Assembly: GCA_963804995.1 (NCBI GenBank)
Contig: CAWDSK010000005.1
Location: 224,001-288,000, forward strand
Direction: 5' to 3'
Source of the DNA: an uncultured Acidobacteriota bacterium
Lineage (GTDB): Bacteria > Acidobacteriota > Terriglobia > UBA7540
DNA length: 64,000 nucleotides
Under the pieces are notes generated by a model. It saw only the letters and a program-made list of their open reading frames with translations, had not been told where the DNA came from and made no database searches. Below, in pieces: positions 61,297-64,000 of the stretch. The position numbers and the translations under genes are program-made. Numbering within the stretch: position 1 is the stretch's first letter; every line of letters begins with the position of its first letter.

Positions 61297-61725
61297 ATGG
61301 CAGAAATTACTCTTCCCACAGAGATTCATCTCAACATCGTGACGCCGGACCGGCTGGTGGCGCGCAACGCGGTAACCGCCGTGACCATCCCCGGGAAGAA
61401 CGGTTACCTGGGGATTTTGCCCGGACACGCGCCGCTGCTGACCGAACTCGCCTGCGGTGAGCTTGTCTATACGCGCGAAGGCGTCAAACACACCCTGGCG
61501 GTCAACTGGGGATTCGCGGAAGTGTTGGGGGATCGCGTCATCGTGCTGGCGCAGTCGGCCGAGCGGGCAGAGGAAATCGACGTGGAGCGCGCCGAGAAAG
61601 CCAAGACCCGCGCCGAGGAGCGCCTGAAGCGATTCGACGATCCGGAAGTGGATATGGAACGCGCGCGCGTAGCCCTGAGCCGCGCCATGGCGCGGCTTGA
61701 AACCGCCCGGAGCCTCAACAAGTAA
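61297..61725 (+). CDS. atpC: ATP synthase F1 subunit epsilon
   Basis: IVTPDR; GYLGILPGHAPL; EEIDVERA. Confidence 0.95.
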   Translation: MAEITLPTEIHLNIVTPDRLVARNAVTAVTIPGKNGYLGILPGHAPLLTELACGELVYTREGVKHTLAVNWGFAEVLGDRVIVLAQSAERAEEIDVERAEKAKTRAEERLKRFDDPEVDMERARVALSRAMARLETARSLNK

Positions 61726-61835
61726 CGTTGCCACAACTCCTGCTGCAGGACCGCCCTTCCGCGCAACTTCCGATTCAAAGGATCCTCCTGCAATCGGTTC
61801 ATTACCGGGGGCGCCTCCCCGCCTGTTGAGGCAAC

Positions 61836-62354
61836 ATGGGAAAAGGAATCATCGAGATTACGCAAGGCGACATCACGGTGCAGCGCGTGGACGCGATCGT
61901 GAACGCTGCCAACACCTCGCTGCTGGGTGGCGGAGGTGTGGACGGCGCGATCCATCGCGCCGCGGGGCCGGAGCTCGTGGCGGAATGCCGCACGCTGGGT
62001 GGCTGCCCGACGGGCGAGGCCAAGATCACTCGCGGCTATCGGTTGCCTGCCCGGTGGGTCATTCACACGGTAGGGCCCGTGTGGCGAGATGGCAAACGCC
62101 GCGAGGATGAGCTGCTGGCGAGTTGCTATCGGCGATCTCTTGAGTTGGCCGTGCAAAACGGCGTCCGCACCATTGCCTTTCCTGCCATCAGCACCGGCAT
62201 CTATGGGTTTCCCCTGGAGCGCGCCACGCGCATTGCCGCGAGGGAAGTGTGCGATTTCCTCGAAAAGAACCCGGCCATTGAGAAGGTAGTGTTCGTCTGC
62301 TTCGATCGGCACACTTACGACGTCTACACGCGGGAGCTGCAGGTAGGAACGTAG
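61836..62354 (+). CDS. Macro-domain O-acetyl-ADP-ribose deacetylase (YmdB-like)
   Basis: [39 protein letters not shown]. Confidence 0.93.
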   Translation: MGKGIIEITQGDITVQRVDAIVNAANTSLLGGGGVDGAIHRAAGPELVAECRTLGGCPTGEAKITRGYRLPARWVIHTVGPVWRDGKRREDELLASCYRRSLELAVQNGVRTIAFPAISTGIYGFPLERATRIAAREVCDFLEKNPAIEKVVFVCFDRHTYDVYTRELQVGT

Positions 62355-62603
62355 GGGCGGCTCCCTGTCCGAGAGTGAAACCAACGGATCGTGATGGTGA
62401 TTATCACCCGTAGCGCCCCGATACATCGGGGCGGCTCTTCCTATGCCAATTGAGCAAATGTATTGTGTCGAAGCGGCCGCCCGTACGGGGGGAGTGCGGG
62501 TGTTTCGAACGAAGAACCGCGGACCCCAAAAACGGGGGACCGCGCTACGAAGCATGGCTGCTGCGCTGGCTCGACCCCGCACCAGGCCGAGCGCCGCTCG
62601 GCC

Positions 62604-63770
62604 CTACTTGCCTAGCACAATCTTCGCGATGGTCTGAAGCTGCATGAACGACGTGCCCTCGTATATCTTCCCAATCTTTGAGTCGCGCAGATACTTTTCC
62701 GCCGGGTAATCGCGTGTAAAACCGTAACCGCCGTAAACCTCCAAGCATTCGGAGGCGACGCGTTCCGCCACTTGCGAGCAGAAGTATTTGGCCATGGCGG
62801 CTTCCTTGAGAAAGGGCAGGCCGGTGTCCTTGAGGCGCGCGGCGTTGTAGGTGAGCAGGCGTGCCGCCTCAACGTCCGTGGCCAAACGCGCCAACTGGAA
62901 TTGGATCGCCTGAAACTCCGCGATGGGCTTGCCGAACTGTTGGCGTTCCTGCGCATAGGCAACGGCGTGTTCAAGCGCCCCTCGCGCCACACCCACCATC
63001 TGCGCGGCGATGCCGATGCGGCCTTCGTTCAGAGTTTCAATCGCGACCTTGTAGCCCTTGCCGACTTCGCCCAGCACGTTCGCTTTGGGTACGCGGCAGT
63101 CTTCGAGAATCAACTCGCAAGTTGAGGAGGCGCGGATGCCGAGCTTGTCCTCTTTCTTTCCGATTGTGAAGCCCGGGGTGTCGCGTTCCATCAGGAAAGC
63201 CGTGATGCCGCGATAGCCCACCTCAGGATTGACATTCGCGAACACGATAAACAGGCCCGCTTCCTTGGCATTGGTGATCCAAAGCTTCCGGCCGTTCAGG
63301 GTGAAGTGGTCACCGTCTTCGCGCGCGCGCGTTGAGAGGGCAAAGGCGTCACTGCCGGCGTTGGGCTCAGAAAGCGCATAGGCACCCAGGGTGTCGCGCA
63401 CCAGCCGGGGCAGAAACTTCTGGCGCTGCGCCTCGCTTCCCCAATTTTCGAGCGCGTTGTTCACCAGGGTGTTCTGAACGTCGATCACCACGCCCGCCGA
63501 GGCGTCCACACGCGAGAACTCCTCGATCGCAAGTATCGCCAGGAAAAACGTGGCGCCGCTGCCGCCGTAGGCTTCCGGAGCGCCAATTCCCATGAAGCCT
63601 TGCGCAAAGAACTGGTCAAGCAGCGCGGCGTTGAAGACGCCCTCGCGGTCCATCTCCGCGACGTGGGGGAGGATCTCGTTCGCAGCGAATTCGCGAGCCA
63701 TGGCCTGGAACATGCGCTCTTCTTCCGTTAAGACGGTGAGTGGCGCACTCATGGGATTGTCTTCAGCCAT
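62604..63770 (-). CDS. Acyl-CoA dehydrogenase (short/branched chain)
   Basis: ALSEPNAGSD; KLGIRASST; RQQFGK; YGGYG; IYEGT. Confidence 0.95.
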   Translation of the reverse strand: MAEDNPMSAPLTVLTEEERMFQAMAREFAANEILPHVAEMDREGVFNAALLDQFFAQGFMGIGAPEAYGGSGATFFLAILAIEEFSRVDASAGVVIDVQNTLVNNALENWGSEAQRQKFLPRLVRDTLGAYALSEPNAGSDAFALSTRAREDGDHFTLNGRKLWITNAKEAGLFIVFANVNPEVGYRGITAFLMERDTPGFTIGKKEDKLGIRASSTCELILEDCRVPKANVLGEVGKGYKVAIETLNEGRIGIAAQMVGVARGALEHAVAYAQERQQFGKPIAEFQAIQFQLARLATDVEAARLLTYNAARLKDTGLPFLKEAAMAKYFCSQVAERVASECLEVYGGYGFTRDYPAEKYLRDSKIGKIYEGTSFMQLQTIAKIVLGK

Positions 63771-63840
63771 CGGAACCTCATTCGTGCACGTTTCAACCGG
63801 GGCGGTTCCCGATCAAATCGGGACGGGTCTCGAACCACCC

Positions 63841-64000
63841 CTACTTCAAATCCGCAGCCGATTCTTCCCCCCCGCGTTGCTCGTAGCGCTGGCGGACCGT
63901 AAGGACGTAATGAACTCCGGAAGTGAGGGTGAGCGTGGCAGCGAGGTAAATGAAAATCGAAACCACTTCCCGGGTGATGTGGGGAACGTGCGCCTGGTAA
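63841..64000 (-). CDS. 3' end of a membrane protein, possibly a CDP-alcohol phosphatidyltransferase (truncated by window edge)
   Basis: ..IFIYLAATLTLTSGVHYV..LK*, resembling PgsA-type C-termini. Confidence 0.45.
   Translation of the reverse strand, partial: YQAHVPHITREVVSIFIYLAATLTLTSGVHYVLTVRQRYEQRGGEESAADLK

Overview
GC-rich bacterial chromosome segment, most likely Acidobacteriota (Terriglobia-like). This is inferred from a VWFA-type protein, a wHTH-Ser/Thr kinase-beta-propeller gene and an atp operon lacking atpB/atpE. Housekeeping genes (surE, rlmN, pgeF, acpS, rlmB, gltX, pcm, potB plus a potC-potD fusion, atpF'FHAGDC) alternate with accessory genes, three apparently intact IS elements (IS4, IS1182, IS1634), an IS1380 remnant and a small island with toxin-antitoxin genes and a nuclease. 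No rRNA, tRNA or CRISPR array was recognised. The most striking signal is a dense, nested set of palindromic micro-elements. (1) Three different GTAG...CTAC REP doublets sit in frame inside one kinase gene. (2) One palindromic core is bounded by three different pairs of IS-like ends and acts as a landing site for two IS elements and the 3.5 kb island. (3) A 39 bp hairpin rewrites the atpF'/atpF stop-start junction. (4) Inverted 7-8-mer tandem repeats fill three atp spacers. Several single-base frameshifts, including one in atpG, suggest residual assembly errors. All protein calls come from motif recognition only; no database searches were run.
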